A stretch of 64,000 nucleotides of DNA from an uncultured Methanosarcinales archaeon (GTDB lineage Archaea > Halobacteriota > Methanosarcinia > Methanotrichales > Methanotrichaceae): the NCBI GenBank assembly GCA_963843555.1, contig CAWJKV010000007.1, positions 96,001 through 160,000 on the forward strand, in the 5' to 3' direction. The translations under genes were made by a program, and so were the position numbers. Shown here piece after piece: positions 34,544 through 44,886 of this stretch. Position 1 is the stretch's first letter. The number at the start of each line of letters is the position of its first letter. The notes beneath the pieces are model-generated. The model worked only from the letters and a program-made list of their open reading frames with translations. It was not told where the DNA came from and searched no databases.

Positions 34544-35023
34544 CTATAGACTGGACCCGCGGATGCTCTTGATTAGATCGACGATCTTTGTTATCTTCAT
34601 GTTTTCGCCTTCATGGAAGATTGACACAACACTGCATATATGGTCATCGTCAATCTTGCAGAAAGCGCAGATAGCCTCAGATCCTTCTCTATCAAACAAG
34701 GCATAGTGCCAATCCTTATCACCCATGATCCAGTTAGATCCTTGTGCAATCAGGCCTTTTACATCTATTCCCTTATATATCCAATTTGATGTATCTAAAT
34801 TGTGGATCAAACTGAGAAAATGCCTCAATCCCTTATCCTTAAGATCGGTTCCTTTATGCAAATCCTCAATCTTAAGATATTCCAGCCCGATGGATGCAAA
34901 AGCTCTCTCCTCTGATTTTATATATATTATAGCAGGGCCTGCATGGATTATTTCAAGCCCTTCAATTGTGCTTGAATCGAATGCAATTCTGCAAAGTCCG
35001 TCTGTTAAGCTTATTTCAGCCAT
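34544..35023 (-). CDS. Hypothetical protein
   Basis: 159-aa ORF, co-oriented with the downstream gene. Confidence 0.6.
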   Translation of the reverse strand: MAEISLTDGLCRIAFDSSTIEGLEIIHAGPAIIYIKSEERAFASIGLEYLKIEDLHKGTDLKDKGLRHFLSLIHNLDTSNWIYKGIDVKGLIAQGSNWIMGDKDWHYALFDREGSEAICAFCKIDDDHICSVVSIFHEGENMKITKIVDLIKSIRGSSL

Positions 35024-35214
35024 GATTCACATATATGGTATTCATGTGCTAAATTTCTATCTCACTCGAAGATGATAACTGAATGACAACTGAGCAAAAA
35101 ATAAATAAGAATAAGGAGAAACCAAACATAATCGCGCGCACAGGCAAACAGTTCTCGCCTGCCCGGCCCGGAGTCTTCGGCCTCCTGGAGCTTTGAGGAT
35201 AACGTGAGGAATAT

Positions 35215-35901
35215 ATGACATCACAGCCAAGGTTCGATCGAAAGGAGCTAAAAACGCCTCGTGCCGCTGCTATAGCCGGAATCATTTTTGCCTTGCTGCT
35301 AATCTCTAGCATGATCCTTATCAGGCTTTCTCTCACTGCCTACCCGGATCGTTCAGCAGAATGGATCAAAGATTCTGCGCTCTCCTTCAGGATTCTGATA
35401 GGTCTGAACATGTTACCCTTTGCAGGGATCGCATTTCTATGGTTTATAGGTGTGATAAGGGATCTAATTGGAGAGCGAGAGGATAAGTTTTTTGCCACAG
35501 TGTTCCTGGGAAGCGGGCTGATCTTTGTGGCCATGCTCTTCGCCGCGGCTGCAGTTGCCGGCGGACTATTATCGAGTCTTTCGATTCAATCTGGCTCCGA
35601 GCCAGGGCCCGAAATGCTCGCATTCGGCCGGGAAGTCACCTATTCTATCTTATATGTATTTGCTATGAAGATGGCAGGAGTCTTCATGATCTCCACGACT
35701 ACCATGGGCCTGCGTACCGAGGTCATTCCCCGGTGGCTGGGATGGCTCGGGTACGCTTTTTCTGCCGTGCTGCTCGTCAGCATCACCTACTGGGAATGGA
35801 TGGTGCTGCTCTTCCCGATTTGGGTACTTATATTTAGCACCAACATCCTGGTAAAGAACTACCGACGATCGTTGAACGATGGGCAGAACCAGAACCCTTG
35901 A
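35215..35901 (+). CDS. Integral membrane hypothetical protein
   Basis: LKTPRAAAIAGI and PFAGIAFLWFIGVIRD..G.REDKFFATVF motifs; about 6 TM. Confidence 0.8.
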   Translation: MTSQPRFDRKELKTPRAAAIAGIIFALLLISSMILIRLSLTAYPDRSAEWIKDSALSFRILIGLNMLPFAGIAFLWFIGVIRDLIGEREDKFFATVFLGSGLIFVAMLFAAAAVAGGLLSSLSIQSGSEPGPEMLAFGREVTYSILYVFAMKMAGVFMISTTTMGLRTEVIPRWLGWLGYAFSAVLLVSITYWEWMVLLFPIWVLIFSTNILVKNYRRSLNDGQNQNP

Positions 35902-35914
35902 TTTTTTTTACTCT

Positions 35915-36700
35915 TCAAAGCATCTTCTCGATCTCCTCTAACCGCGACTTTAGAATTAGGCTAGCCTTCTCCTGTTCTTCCAGCATTTGCTTGATCTCGC
36001 CAATCTTGGCCTTGGGATCGCTCGGTTCAACAATTGCTTCTTCCTTCTTCTTTCTGGGAGCCAGGAATGAATTGGCTATGAAGCCGGTGAACACGCTGAA
36101 TATGCCCACGCCGCAGACCATGAGCGCCACGCCGATCATCCTACCGCCTGCGGTGATGGGATAGTAGTCTCCATAACCGACAGTAGTTATGGTCACAAAG
36201 CCCCACCATAGAGCGTCGGATCCGTTTACAATATTAGCGTCCGGATTCTGGCTCTCAAACCTGAGAACCCAAACACCGCCTATCTGCAGGACTAGGACGA
36301 CCAGGACAACAACGAGATAGATGGCCATTTGAGCACGGTTATCGGTTATCTCACTAATGATCCTCTTGCGGCCGTATTTCTTTGTCAACCGGTATACTTT
36401 AAGCAGACGGAATATGCGGAAAATTCGTGCATTTGGCAGACAGGACAGAATGTCTGCCCAGCCAAAGTCCCGGAAGAAGTAATAGCTCTTTGATTTAGCC
36501 GTGAAGAATCTATAAAGAAAATCAGCAAAAAAGAATACAGTTAAAAAGGCCTGTATGATAGTTAGGACTTGTTTAGTGTACGGGTTAACGCCTGGCAGTA
36601 TCAGGATAAACAGATCAAAAATTGATATTATTGCTAAGAGACCGATAAATATTTCATATCCTAAACTCTTCGAATCACTGTCCGGCCTGTCGTCAGTCAT
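35915..36700 (-). CDS. Potassium channel, 6-TM voltage-gated-like
   Basis: TITTVGYGD selectivity filter; S4-like RIFRIFRLLK. Confidence 0.92.
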   Translation of the reverse strand: MTDDRPDSDSKSLGYEIFIGLLAIISIFDLFILILPGVNPYTKQVLTIIQAFLTVFFFADFLYRFFTAKSKSYYFFRDFGWADILSCLPNARIFRIFRLLKVYRLTKKYGRKRIISEITDNRAQMAIYLVVVLVVLVLQIGGVWVLRFESQNPDANIVNGSDALWWGFVTITTVGYGDYYPITAGGRMIGVALMVCGVGIFSVFTGFIANSFLAPRKKKEEAIVEPSDPKAKIGEIKQMLEEQEKASLILKSRLEEIEKML

Positions 36701-36709
36701 ATCAATACC

Positions 36710-37423
36710 TCATAATCGCGGAAGCACAATTAAATTCAATATACCTAATGACAGCAGCACGAAGGAGAGAATGATGAGCCCGGTTCGAATCGATCTGATC
36801 TCGAACTGCTGGCTGATGGCCATCAAAACCAGGACCGTTGCCAGGAAGACCGTGTTTCGAACATAGTCGTCTGCAGTCGCTCGAGCCTCTGTCCCATGTT
36901 CATGCTTGGTTGAGGCTTCACTGCTGAGGTTGGTCGCTTCTTCCATCTTTGAACTATGATACTCAGGCATGTAGAGCGGCCCGGGCGGAGCCTCGCTGTT
37001 GTTGATGGGGTCGAGCGCAATCCAGGCATCAAAGGCTGGTTTGAACTCTGGAAGAAAACGGCGTTCGTAGAACTCCGCTATCTCTTCATTTCCTTGCATT
37101 TTGGCATTTAGCCAGGCGTTAATCGTGTTTGAATTGTAGATAAGCTCTTGACCGTTAGCGGTTATAAGGGTTGCTGCTTCCATATTCAATAAGTTCGCTT
37201 CAGAGTAAAGCTCTGCCTGCATTCCATCCCACTGCGCTGCCTGGTAGCCGCTGTAGGCAGTGGTTATTGCAACCAGGGCCAGGATAATTGCTTCCAGAAT
37301 CTCAGTGATAAACTCGGTGCGGTTTGATTGCTGTGCATCCTTTCCATTTTTCTCGCACAGCTTGTTAGCAATTTCGATGTTTGTCCCTCCAACTTCAGGC
37401 ATACTGCTGTCCTCCGGAGCCAT
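36710..37423 (-). CDS. Membrane protein (DUF4337-like)
   Basis: N-terminal TM, TAYSGYQAAQW, two C-terminal TMs. Confidence 0.7.
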   Translation of the reverse strand: MAPEDSSMPEVGGTNIEIANKLCEKNGKDAQQSNRTEFITEILEAIILALVAITTAYSGYQAAQWDGMQAELYSEANLLNMEAATLITANGQELIYNSNTINAWLNAKMQGNEEIAEFYERRFLPEFKPAFDAWIALDPINNSEAPPGPLYMPEYHSSKMEEATNLSSEASTKHEHGTEARATADDYVRNTVFLATVLVLMAISQQFEIRSIRTGLIILSFVLLSLGILNLIVLPRL

Positions 37424-37536
37424 AGATATGAGAGCAAAAAAGCTTTATCAAATTTGATGGGTACAAAAATTTAAGACACCGAAGAATTTTTTCCTCGATG
37501 TCTTCGATTTTAGATTTTTTCACAATTCTTGCCCGG

Positions 37537-37935
37537 TTAACTCTTTTCAGGTATCTCAAAGGCTCTCTTGGTTCCCGGCAGCAGGCAGTAGATCAGGATC
37601 AAGCCGTTAATCAGGATCGCTGTAGACATAGCTTCCCATGATGAACCACCCAGGATGGAGAGGAATGCCAACACAAGATCTAGACCTGATATGATAACCA
37701 GGAATAACCATCCCTGAGGATCTACATTCCACAACATGCGGAAAATCCACATGTAGATCAAGAAGAGTATTCCCCAACCCAGGGCTGCCCAGAAGTCAAA
37801 GGTCCAGAAGTGAATTTCGCCTATCCATACCGGAAGCAAATGCAGCATTTGAAGCGTTATGATCAGAGCTTGCGCTGCACCAATTAAGGCTAATATTGCC
37901 AGAATTGTGATAACAAATGGTCTGTCTCTCGCCAT
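37537..37935 (-). CDS. 4-TM membrane protein
   Basis: MARDRPFVITILAILA...; hydrophobic throughout. Confidence 0.75.
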   Translation of the reverse strand: MARDRPFVITILAILALIGAAQALIITLQMLHLLPVWIGEIHFWTFDFWAALGWGILFLIYMWIFRMLWNVDPQGWLFLVIISGLDLVLAFLSILGGSSWEAMSTAILINGLILIYCLLPGTKRAFEIPEKS

Positions 37936-38045
37936 AGATTCAATCTCCTTCAATTTTGATATATAATTATCAGATAAATCTGAAGGTGGTCGGGTAAATT
38001 CAGTATCTCCCAATCACCCTAGATCTAAGCATATTCATTGATCAC

Positions 38046-38528
38046 TCAGGCAAATGCATGCTGGAGCCTTTCCTCCTGTTCCTTGGAAAGAGATGTCTTT
38101 ACTATCTTGACATTCTTGTACTTATGCAAACGCTCCTCAATCTTGTCGGGTACGGCCTCTCTCACCAGCAGGAACAGAGCGGAATTGCCAGGTTGAAGGG
38201 TGTTTCCGACCTCTTTGATAAATTTATCATCGACGCCAACATCCGCATACTTTCCGCCGAGTGCACCTGCTGCTGCTCCCACTACCAGGCCGAATACGGG
38301 TACAAAGAAGATGAGACCTATCAGCAATCCCCAAAAGGCTCCCCCAAGCGCTCCGGCTCCGGCAAGGCTGGTGATCTGTTTGATCTTGACCTTGCCCTCT
38401 TGATTTCTGACTGCCACCGCAGCATCTTCCAGGCCGATTAGATGCTCCTTTTGCATTTGCATCAAATCGTCTCTCAGCTGCTCAGCACCAGTTTCAGTAT
38501 CAAAAGCCAGCACAACTAAGTTGCTCAT
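38046..38528 (-). CDS. DUF1269 family protein (copy 1)
   Basis: LEDAAVAVR, glycine zipper GALGGAFWGLLIG, DVGVDDKFIKEV..L.PGNSALF. Confidence 0.9.
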   Translation of the reverse strand: MSNLVVLAFDTETGAEQLRDDLMQMQKEHLIGLEDAAVAVRNQEGKVKIKQITSLAGAGALGGAFWGLLIGLIFFVPVFGLVVGAAAGALGGKYADVGVDDKFIKEVGNTLQPGNSALFLLVREAVPDKIEERLHKYKNVKIVKTSLSKEQEERLQHAFA

Positions 38529-38564
38529 TTTTCAATTCACCTCACTCATTATAATATCTCCAGC

Positions 38565-38614
38565 AAATTTATAGATATTTGAGAAGACATCATAAAAGTA
38601 TGAAAAGTTATGAA
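38565..38614 (-). promoter_or_regulatory. Island regulon box plus BRE/TATA (site 1, DUF1269)
   Basis: Minus strand TTCATAACTTTTCATACTTTTATGA-N8-CAAATATCTATAAATTT. Confidence 0.85.
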
Positions 38615-38682
38615 AGGAATAGCCGCCACCGTCAAAGCCTTTCTGATTTATATCAGATATTGCACGGAACTGGTAGCCCGCT

Positions 38683-39849
38683 TTATCTACATTCGACAAC
38701 TATCCCCTCGCAATTCACTTGGCTGGCTGCAAACATCTTTCCAAACCGGCCGTCCATCTTCTTGCTGTAAAGCATAATTGCTTCATTGCTGGCTGCCATG
38801 GCTCTTGCATCACGAATGCACCTGTAAAAGGTGACACGAGAGATTTTGATATCATGATCCGGTGTAAAGAGCTTATCCTGGTTGCAGGCAGCCTTCCAGA
38901 TCGTCTCGTAGGCGGGGAGAACACATAACAGGCTGGCAAGGCGGTAACCTTTAGCCCGGTAGGGCAGAGCCTGGATATATGAGAAGAAGTCCTTCAGCTC
39001 ATTTAATACATCTCTCAATACATCCTGTTTCCAGCTCAGAGGTGCTCCCGCCAGGTTTAATGGCGCATACATGGCGCTTTGCATCCAACTATCTGGCAGG
39101 TAGCATACACCGCGCGATAGATCGTGGACAAAATCCTTTACAATATTGGTCTTTTGCAATCCTCGACCGCATGCTTCACTGAGGTTCAATAAGGTACTTG
39201 CTTCGTCATCATCCAGGCAATAATGATCAATGGCCAGATCAGTGCTCATATGACCTACCGTTCCTGCTACAAAATAGCAGTACTGATTGTAGTCCTGTTC
39301 TCTTGCGAGCAGGCGAACTTCCCCATGAGTTACAAATAACGGTTCGCTATCGGGATCTTCTGCATTCTCCATTCCTCTGGCCATCTCCAGGCTCCAGCAT
39401 CCAATAGCCGATCTGGGGGCATCAGGGATCAGAGAGTAAATCTGCCAGAGCGGCAAACCTTCTGCCAGGCTCATCATACGTCTCTCGTCAGGAGTTAATC
39501 CCGGCCAGTCCTCGTTTTCCCAAATGTGCAAGATCTCCCGGCTTTCAGCAGGATCCTTCAAAAGCTCTTTGAATTCAGAAAAACGCAATCTCTTCCAGTC
39601 CAGAGGCTGGCTGCAATCCTCAATATTATCAACCACCCGGCAGATCAGGTAGGCTGTGGACATGAAATAGTTAAGCGGATATTCGAAACATGGCGTAACA
39701 AGTGCAAAGGAACGAGAGACCTTATTCATGGAATCATTAAGGTACTTTTTCTGCAATTTGGTTAGGCTGAATTCATTGTTCACAATGAGCCACCGATCCT
39801 TTTTTTCAATAGGTCCATTATTTATACCCGGATCTAATTGTCGTCCCAA
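38683..39849 (-). CDS. Squalene/phytoene synthase family (head-to-head prenyltransferase)
   Basis: VSRSFAL, YLICRVVDNIED, YCYFVAGTVG and LQKTNIVKDFVHD motifs. Confidence 0.88.
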   Translation of the reverse strand: MGRQLDPGINNGPIEKKDRWLIVNNEFSLTKLQKKYLNDSMNKVSRSFALVTPCFEYPLNYFMSTAYLICRVVDNIEDCSQPLDWKRLRFSEFKELLKDPAESREILHIWENEDWPGLTPDERRMMSLAEGLPLWQIYSLIPDAPRSAIGCWSLEMARGMENAEDPDSEPLFVTHGEVRLLAREQDYNQYCYFVAGTVGHMSTDLAIDHYCLDDDEASTLLNLSEACGRGLQKTNIVKDFVHDLSRGVCYLPDSWMQSAMYAPLNLAGAPLSWKQDVLRDVLNELKDFFSYIQALPYRAKGYRLASLLCVLPAYETIWKAACNQDKLFTPDHDIKISRVTFYRCIRDARAMAASNEAIMLYSKKMDGRFGKMFAASQVNCEGIVVECR

Positions 39850-39935
39850 TCGATATTTTTATACTGAAAAAATTCAATTGGGAAATGATCGAGCCTAAAG
39901 GATTTCCTCTTCGGCTCCACTTCCAACTGTCCTTT

Positions 39936-40427
39936 TCACTCGATGCTTATCTTGGTGTGGGTTATCACATTTTCCTTGGGAAGAGTGATGGTGAGCAGGC
40001 CATTATTTAAATCGGCTTTTGCCTGTTCCCTCTTAATGCCACATGGCAGTTTGATATCTCTCCGGAAGAGACCGTAGGACCGCTCACATTTCTGGACGGT
40101 TTCATCTTCCATCTCAGGCGCTTCAGTCTTCTTTGCCAGGACAGATAGCTCATCATCGGTTGCCGTGATTTCAATTGCTTCCTTCTCTACTCCGGGCATT
40201 TCCAGAGTAACGATGATCTCTTCATCTGTCTCCACAATATCGGTCAGAGGCTTTCTCACATTTCCCATTGCCATGGGAACGGAATCTGCGATACAGCTCA
40301 TTTTTCCGCAGAGCCCCTTCATCTTGTTTGAATAAATTGATTCAACATCTATCAGGCCGAGATCGTCTGCGAGCATATACATTCCCGTGCTCAAGCTCCT
40401 TATACCTTGATATAACATTCCGAACAT
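39936..40427 (-). CDS. Hsp20/alpha-crystallin family protein (copy 1)
   Basis: PLTDIVET, EMPGVEKE, ERSYG and LNNGLLTITLPK motifs. Confidence 0.9.
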   Translation of the reverse strand: MFGMLYQGIRSLSTGMYMLADDLGLIDVESIYSNKMKGLCGKMSCIADSVPMAMGNVRKPLTDIVETDEEIIVTLEMPGVEKEAIEITATDDELSVLAKKTEAPEMEDETVQKCERSYGLFRRDIKLPCGIKREQAKADLNNGLLTITLPKENVITHTKISIE

Positions 40428-40430
40428 ATT

Positions 40431-40718
40431 TTACCCTACCATTAGACTATTTGCTCCAAAATTCGCTTTGACTTTATCGAGCAATGCATCATGTGCCAGC
40501 AGGAACAGGGAGGATTTGCCAGGCTCGATGAAGTTTCCGGTTTCTTTAATGAATCTGTCATTAGCGCCTACGCCAGCATATTTGCCTGCCAGAGTTCCTG
40601 CTGCCGCTCCAATGACAAGTCCAAATACGGACATAAAGAGGATCAGACCTATTAGCAGTTCCCAGAGAGCCCCGCCTGGAGCTTTGGTATCTAAGGCCTG
40701 TGCAATTAAGTTGCTCAT
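40431..40718 (-). pseudogene. Internally deleted and truncated DUF1269 copy
   Basis: MSNLIAQALDT joined directly to the GGALWELLIGL segment; about 50 codons and the C-terminus are missing relative to the paralogs. Confidence 0.75.
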
Positions 40719-40759
40719 CTTTCTTTTTACTCCTCTTAATTCTCTTATTTGCTTCGATC

Positions 40760-40808
40760 AAATTTATAGATATTTGAGAAGCGCTCATAAAAGTATGAAT
40801 AGTTATGA
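40760..40808 (-). promoter_or_regulatory. Island regulon box plus BRE/TATA (site 2)
   Basis: TCATAACTATTCATACTTTTATGA-N8-CAAATATCTATAAATT. Confidence 0.85.
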
Positions 40809-40843
40809 GTGCCTCGCAATCACCAGGGCTAAATGTTTCCTTT

Positions 40844-41791
40844 CTAAGACATCTTTGCGGATCGTATTACCAATACGGGCCTTTTTGCCTTTCTGGCCAC
40901 ATCGAAGACCACGCTTCCGACTGTTGAAGCATCGAGATATCCTTTGCCGGCAGAGCTCAGGACGATCAAGGATGCATCTATCTCCTCGGCCTTGGCCATT
41001 ATAGTTCCTTCGACGCCTCCGATATCCGGGATGGATCCGCCCTTTGATTGAGTCATGCCACCGGACCCATACGATCTATATCCAGCACCAACGGTAACCA
41101 CCTCGGAGGTTACATTGATCTTTACATGGGACATAAGATCTGTTTTGATGGCGTTGAGCTTCTCCTGTGCGTCCTTGGTTCTTGCTTCTATCTCCGCCGC
41201 GCTCTCACCTTTAGCGATCACGCTCAAGAGATGTACATCTATTGGCAGATCAATATTTTTTAACAAATTTATCGTTGCCATACCTGCCTCAGAGAAATCA
41301 ACCGGGCAGAGTATTTTGGAAAACAAATGAGGGCAGAGCTTCTCCATTGACCCGTCATCGACGATATTGTAGCGCATAATCAGGAGATTGTGGGTTCCCC
41401 GCTGCAATACTTTGGTAGAGACACTTCCCAGAAATATGCCTTTCAAGAGACTTCTTCCACGAGCGCCCATTACCACGAGATCGGCATTCTCCTCGTCTGC
41501 AACCCTCTCGATTACCTCGTACTCCGCACTGCTTGCTGACGGTTCCTCCCTAGCTTTGAAATTCAATCCCAACGCCTCGAGAGCACTCTTTGGTTTTGCC
41601 AGTTCCTCTCGGGCCTTTTTTTGGTCGTCTCCCGGAGACCATACCCTCGCCAATTCATCCTCTTTTAGCACATTCAAAAGGATTACATCTTTTACACCGG
41701 GGATCTCACCGACGCACTCAATAATTTTTTCGCCGTGTTTCGAGAAGTCGGTCGCCACCAAAACTTTTTTAAACATATTGGTTATCTCCAA
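40844..41791 (-). CDS. Universal stress protein (tandem USP domains)
   Basis: KVLVATDFS, VMGARGRS...GSVS, KILCPVDFS and GSVVFDVARKAKRPVLV motifs. Confidence 0.92.
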   Translation of the reverse strand: MEITNMFKKVLVATDFSKHGEKIIECVGEIPGVKDVILLNVLKEDELARVWSPGDDQKKAREELAKPKSALEALGLNFKAREEPSASSAEYEVIERVADEENADLVVMGARGRSLLKGIFLGSVSTKVLQRGTHNLLIMRYNIVDDGSMEKLCPHLFSKILCPVDFSEAGMATINLLKNIDLPIDVHLLSVIAKGESAAEIEARTKDAQEKLNAIKTDLMSHVKINVTSEVVTVGAGYRSYGSGGMTQSKGGSIPDIGGVEGTIMAKAEEIDASLIVLSSAGKGYLDASTVGSVVFDVARKAKRPVLVIRSAKMS

Positions 41792-41835
41792 GACTTATTA
41801 TTTAGCTAATTATCTCAAAGATTACCCTGTATGCA

Positions 41836-41882
41836 TTAATAGATATTTGTGATCACTGCATAATAGTATGAGAAATTATGAA
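41836..41882 (-). promoter_or_regulatory. Island regulon box plus BRE/TATA (site 3, USP)
   Basis: TTCATAATTTCTCATACTATTATGC-N8-CAAATATCTATTAA. Confidence 0.8.
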
Positions 41883-41942
41883 TCTATGGATATTATTCAA
41901 ATATAAAACTTCACCATATACGAATAGTTGATCTGCTATATT

Positions 41943-43691
41943 TCATCCATTCATCCGTCTTGAGATTAAATCAACGCCCGCTATTGAGAAGCCTGTAAAG
42001 AAGAAGAATCCCCACAACCACCAAGGTAGGCCGAAGGCCGCTAATACTGCTCCTGTCAAGAGACAGATTCCGCCGAATGCTGTGCCCAAGATTACTGTGA
42101 GAGGATTGCCTTTATCCGTCCCAACTTGATATTCCAGAATACGCTTTAAATCGTTAATATATAGAGGGCTTTGCTTCAAGGTATCCAGTATCTCCGGGAC
42201 CAAAAGAATACTGGCTTTAAAGGTTTTGATCAAATTAAATTCTTCCAAGAGCAGATTTCGAATATGTTTCTTGGAAACGGCAACAACATTGATTCCTGGG
42301 ACAAGCTGGTTTCCCACTCCTTCTACCGTGACCAGTGCCTTAACCATCAGGATTATTTCACCTGGATACTCAATTCGATAGCGCCCTGCCAGTTTGACCG
42401 ATTCCAGAACGAGCTGCCCTAAGGAGAAGTCTTGGAAATTTGGATGCCTCAACCAGCGCCGGTTCAGATCCTCAACAGCCCTCCGAAAGCCATTCGGATC
42501 GCTTCTTATACCGGCATACGATAGGGCGGTCAGATAACGGGCTGCACTGGCCGAATCGCCTTCTGCTAAAGAATAAAAGTAATAGAACAACCTATTCCTT
42601 AGCTCGCTGTCAAACTGCCCTACCATTCCCAGATCGATAAAGCCAATCTTGCCCCCTTCCATTGCGATCATGTTTGCCGGATGAAGGTCCGCATGAAAAA
42701 AGCCATCCCTGAAGATCATTCTTATGATAGTCTTGATTCCCAGATCAATCAGCTTATACCTTCTTATCAGGTCTAACTTCTTAAGTTCAGCAGAGTCAGC
42801 TTCCTTTCCCTCTATGTATTCCATGCTCAAAGTATCACGATTGCTGAATTCTCTATAAATCGCCGGGAAACGTATTTTTGGCTCATCTTCGAAGTTGGCT
42901 GCAAATATCTCTGCATTATCGGCCTCAATTCGCAAATCCACCTCTCTCAGGCTGTATCTTGCAAATTCTTGGGTAAGCTTAGCCGGCTGGTAACGAGATA
43001 GAAAGATTTGTGAAATTCGTCCAAAAAAAGTCAGAAGCATGGTATCGGTCTGCACCATCTTTCTGACTCCGGGCTTGAGTACCTTGATCACAATCTCTTC
43101 TCCAGAACTCAATCTAGCTAGATGAGTCTGGGCCAGGGAACCTGAGCCCAACGGTTCCGGATCAATCCATGCAAACATCTCTTCAACAGGCCGTTTGAGA
43201 TCCGCCTCGATTAATTCTTTAAAGCGCTCAAAAGGCACTACCGGAGCTTGTCTAAGAAGATTTTTAAGCTCCTCTGTAACTGATTTTGGCAAAATATCCT
43301 CACGCAGGCTGAGAATTTGCCCTAGCTTTATATAAGACGGGCCCATCAGTTCGAGTCTCCGCCTGAATTGGACGGGGAAAGGTTGACTGATTATTTCTTT
43401 GATCATAAAAGGCCAGGCAAACACCAGTATTATGCGCAAAATGATTACCCTAAAGCTCCAGGCCCTTCCCTGATTTTTCATCTCTCTAACATAGGCAAAT
43501 CCCCCACCCAGCAGCATTCCAAGGAAATGTCTCAGAGTTCCAATGAAACGACGAATCAACCCCTGAGGAGGTTTTTCTTTGTATATTTCAAAGATGGGCT
43601 TTGGTTTTATCGGCTCAGATAAGTCTACAATCGTCACTTTCGTGGGTTCATCCCTGCATGATTTGAAACTCATAATTTTTCTTTGCCTCAC
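41943..43691 (-). CDS. ABC1/AarF/UbiB family atypical kinase
   Basis: GPSYIKLGQILS, GSGSLAQTH, FFHADLHPAN and IDLGMVG motifs; C-terminal TMs. Confidence 0.92.
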   Translation of the reverse strand: MRQRKIMSFKSCRDEPTKVTIVDLSEPIKPKPIFEIYKEKPPQGLIRRFIGTLRHFLGMLLGGGFAYVREMKNQGRAWSFRVIILRIILVFAWPFMIKEIISQPFPVQFRRRLELMGPSYIKLGQILSLREDILPKSVTEELKNLLRQAPVVPFERFKELIEADLKRPVEEMFAWIDPEPLGSGSLAQTHLARLSSGEEIVIKVLKPGVRKMVQTDTMLLTFFGRISQIFLSRYQPAKLTQEFARYSLREVDLRIEADNAEIFAANFEDEPKIRFPAIYREFSNRDTLSMEYIEGKEADSAELKKLDLIRRYKLIDLGIKTIIRMIFRDGFFHADLHPANMIAMEGGKIGFIDLGMVGQFDSELRNRLFYYFYSLAEGDSASAARYLTALSYAGIRSDPNGFRRAVEDLNRRWLRHPNFQDFSLGQLVLESVKLAGRYRIEYPGEIILMVKALVTVEGVGNQLVPGINVVAVSKKHIRNLLLEEFNLIKTFKASILLVPEILDTLKQSPLYINDLKRILEYQVGTDKGNPLTVILGTAFGGICLLTGAVLAAFGLPWWLWGFFFFTGFSIAGVDLISRRMNG

Positions 43692-43745
43692 CTGAGCACA
43701 TAATTTTAAGATCTTATTGGTAATAAAATTTCTCTTAGATCCCGA

Positions 43746-44252
43746 TCATTCCACACGAATCCTCGTTCGAGCGGTCACAACCTCCTTAGGGATGGTGATG
43801 GTGAGCAGACCATTATTCAGAGTCGCGCCGGTCTCATCTCTCTTTATGCTACACTGCAGTTTGATCTTCCGCCGGTAGATTCCGTGTGACCTCTCACACT
43901 TAAGGGCTCTAACATCATGCATCTTTGGCTCTACCGTCTTCTTTGCGCGGACAGATAGCTCATCATCAGTTGCTGTAACCTCAATATCATCTTTTTGCAT
44001 TCCAGGTAGTTCCAGAGTTACAATGATCGCCTCGTCCGTTTTCACAAAATCAGTCAGAGGCTTCCTCACGTTTCCCGCCAGCAAAGGAATGGCTTCTGTT
44101 ATTCGGCCCATCTTCTCGTAGATGTATCTCATCTCATCAGAATAAGGGGTCTCGATATCGATCAGGCCCAAGTCATCCGCCACTAAATACATTTTTGTGG
44201 CGAGGTCATTTAACCCTTTACAAATCACTTTAGGTATCATCTGGCAAACCAC
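43746..44252 (-). CDS. Hsp20/alpha-crystallin family protein (copy 2)
   Basis: PLTDF, ELPGMQKDDI, ERSHG and LNNGLLTITIPK motifs; clear paralog of 39936..40427. Confidence 0.9.
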   Translation of the reverse strand: MVCQMIPKVICKGLNDLATKMYLVADDLGLIDIETPYSDEMRYIYEKMGRITEAIPLLAGNVRKPLTDFVKTDEAIIVTLELPGMQKDDIEVTATDDELSVRAKKTVEPKMHDVRALKCERSHGIYRRKIKLQCSIKRDETGATLNNGLLTITIPKEVVTARTRIRVE

Positions 44253-44269
44253 CTATAGCTAATCTAAAG

Positions 44270-44770
44270 CTAAGCATTGACAGCCTGGACCGCGAAGGCC
44301 GTCCTGAAATGATCTTCCTGCTCCTTGGAAAGAGACGTCTTCAATACCTTAATATTCTTATATTTCTTCAACTCATCCATGACCTTATCGGGCGTAGCAT
44401 CACGAACCAGCAGGAAAAGGGCAGAATTGCCGGGCTGAATGGAGTTGCCGACCTCTTTGATGAATTTGTCATCGACACCCACATCTGCATATTTGCCTGC
44501 CAGCGCTCCTGCTGCCGCTCCAATGACCATTCCGAATACGGGAACAAAGAATATCAAGCCTATCAATAGTCCCCAAAATGCACCACCAAGCGCTCCAGAT
44601 CCGGCCAGGCTGGTGACTTGTTTAACTTTAACCTTGCCATCTTTGTTTCTAACTGCTACTGCGGCATCATCCAGGCCGATTAGATGCTCCTTTTGCAGAC
44701 GCATCAAATCGTCTCTCATCTGCTCGGCACCGTTTTCAGTGTCGAAAGCCAATACAACTAAGTTACTCAT
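44270..44770 (-). CDS. DUF1269 family protein (copy 2)
   Basis: Highly similar to 38046..38528. Confidence 0.9.
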   Translation of the reverse strand: MSNLVVLAFDTENGAEQMRDDLMRLQKEHLIGLDDAAVAVRNKDGKVKVKQVTSLAGSGALGGAFWGLLIGLIFFVPVFGMVIGAAAGALAGKYADVGVDDKFIKEVGNSIQPGNSALFLLVRDATPDKVMDELKKYKNIKVLKTSLSKEQEDHFRTAFAVQAVNA

Positions 44771-44886
44771 CGTTTCAATACCCTAATTTGTTTGAATTTC
44801 ATTTGCAAGATATAAGTAATGTCGCTGTTGGATTGGTGCATACTTCATTTGCCATTCGCTGATCGTTTTGCCATTGGCTTTCGATT

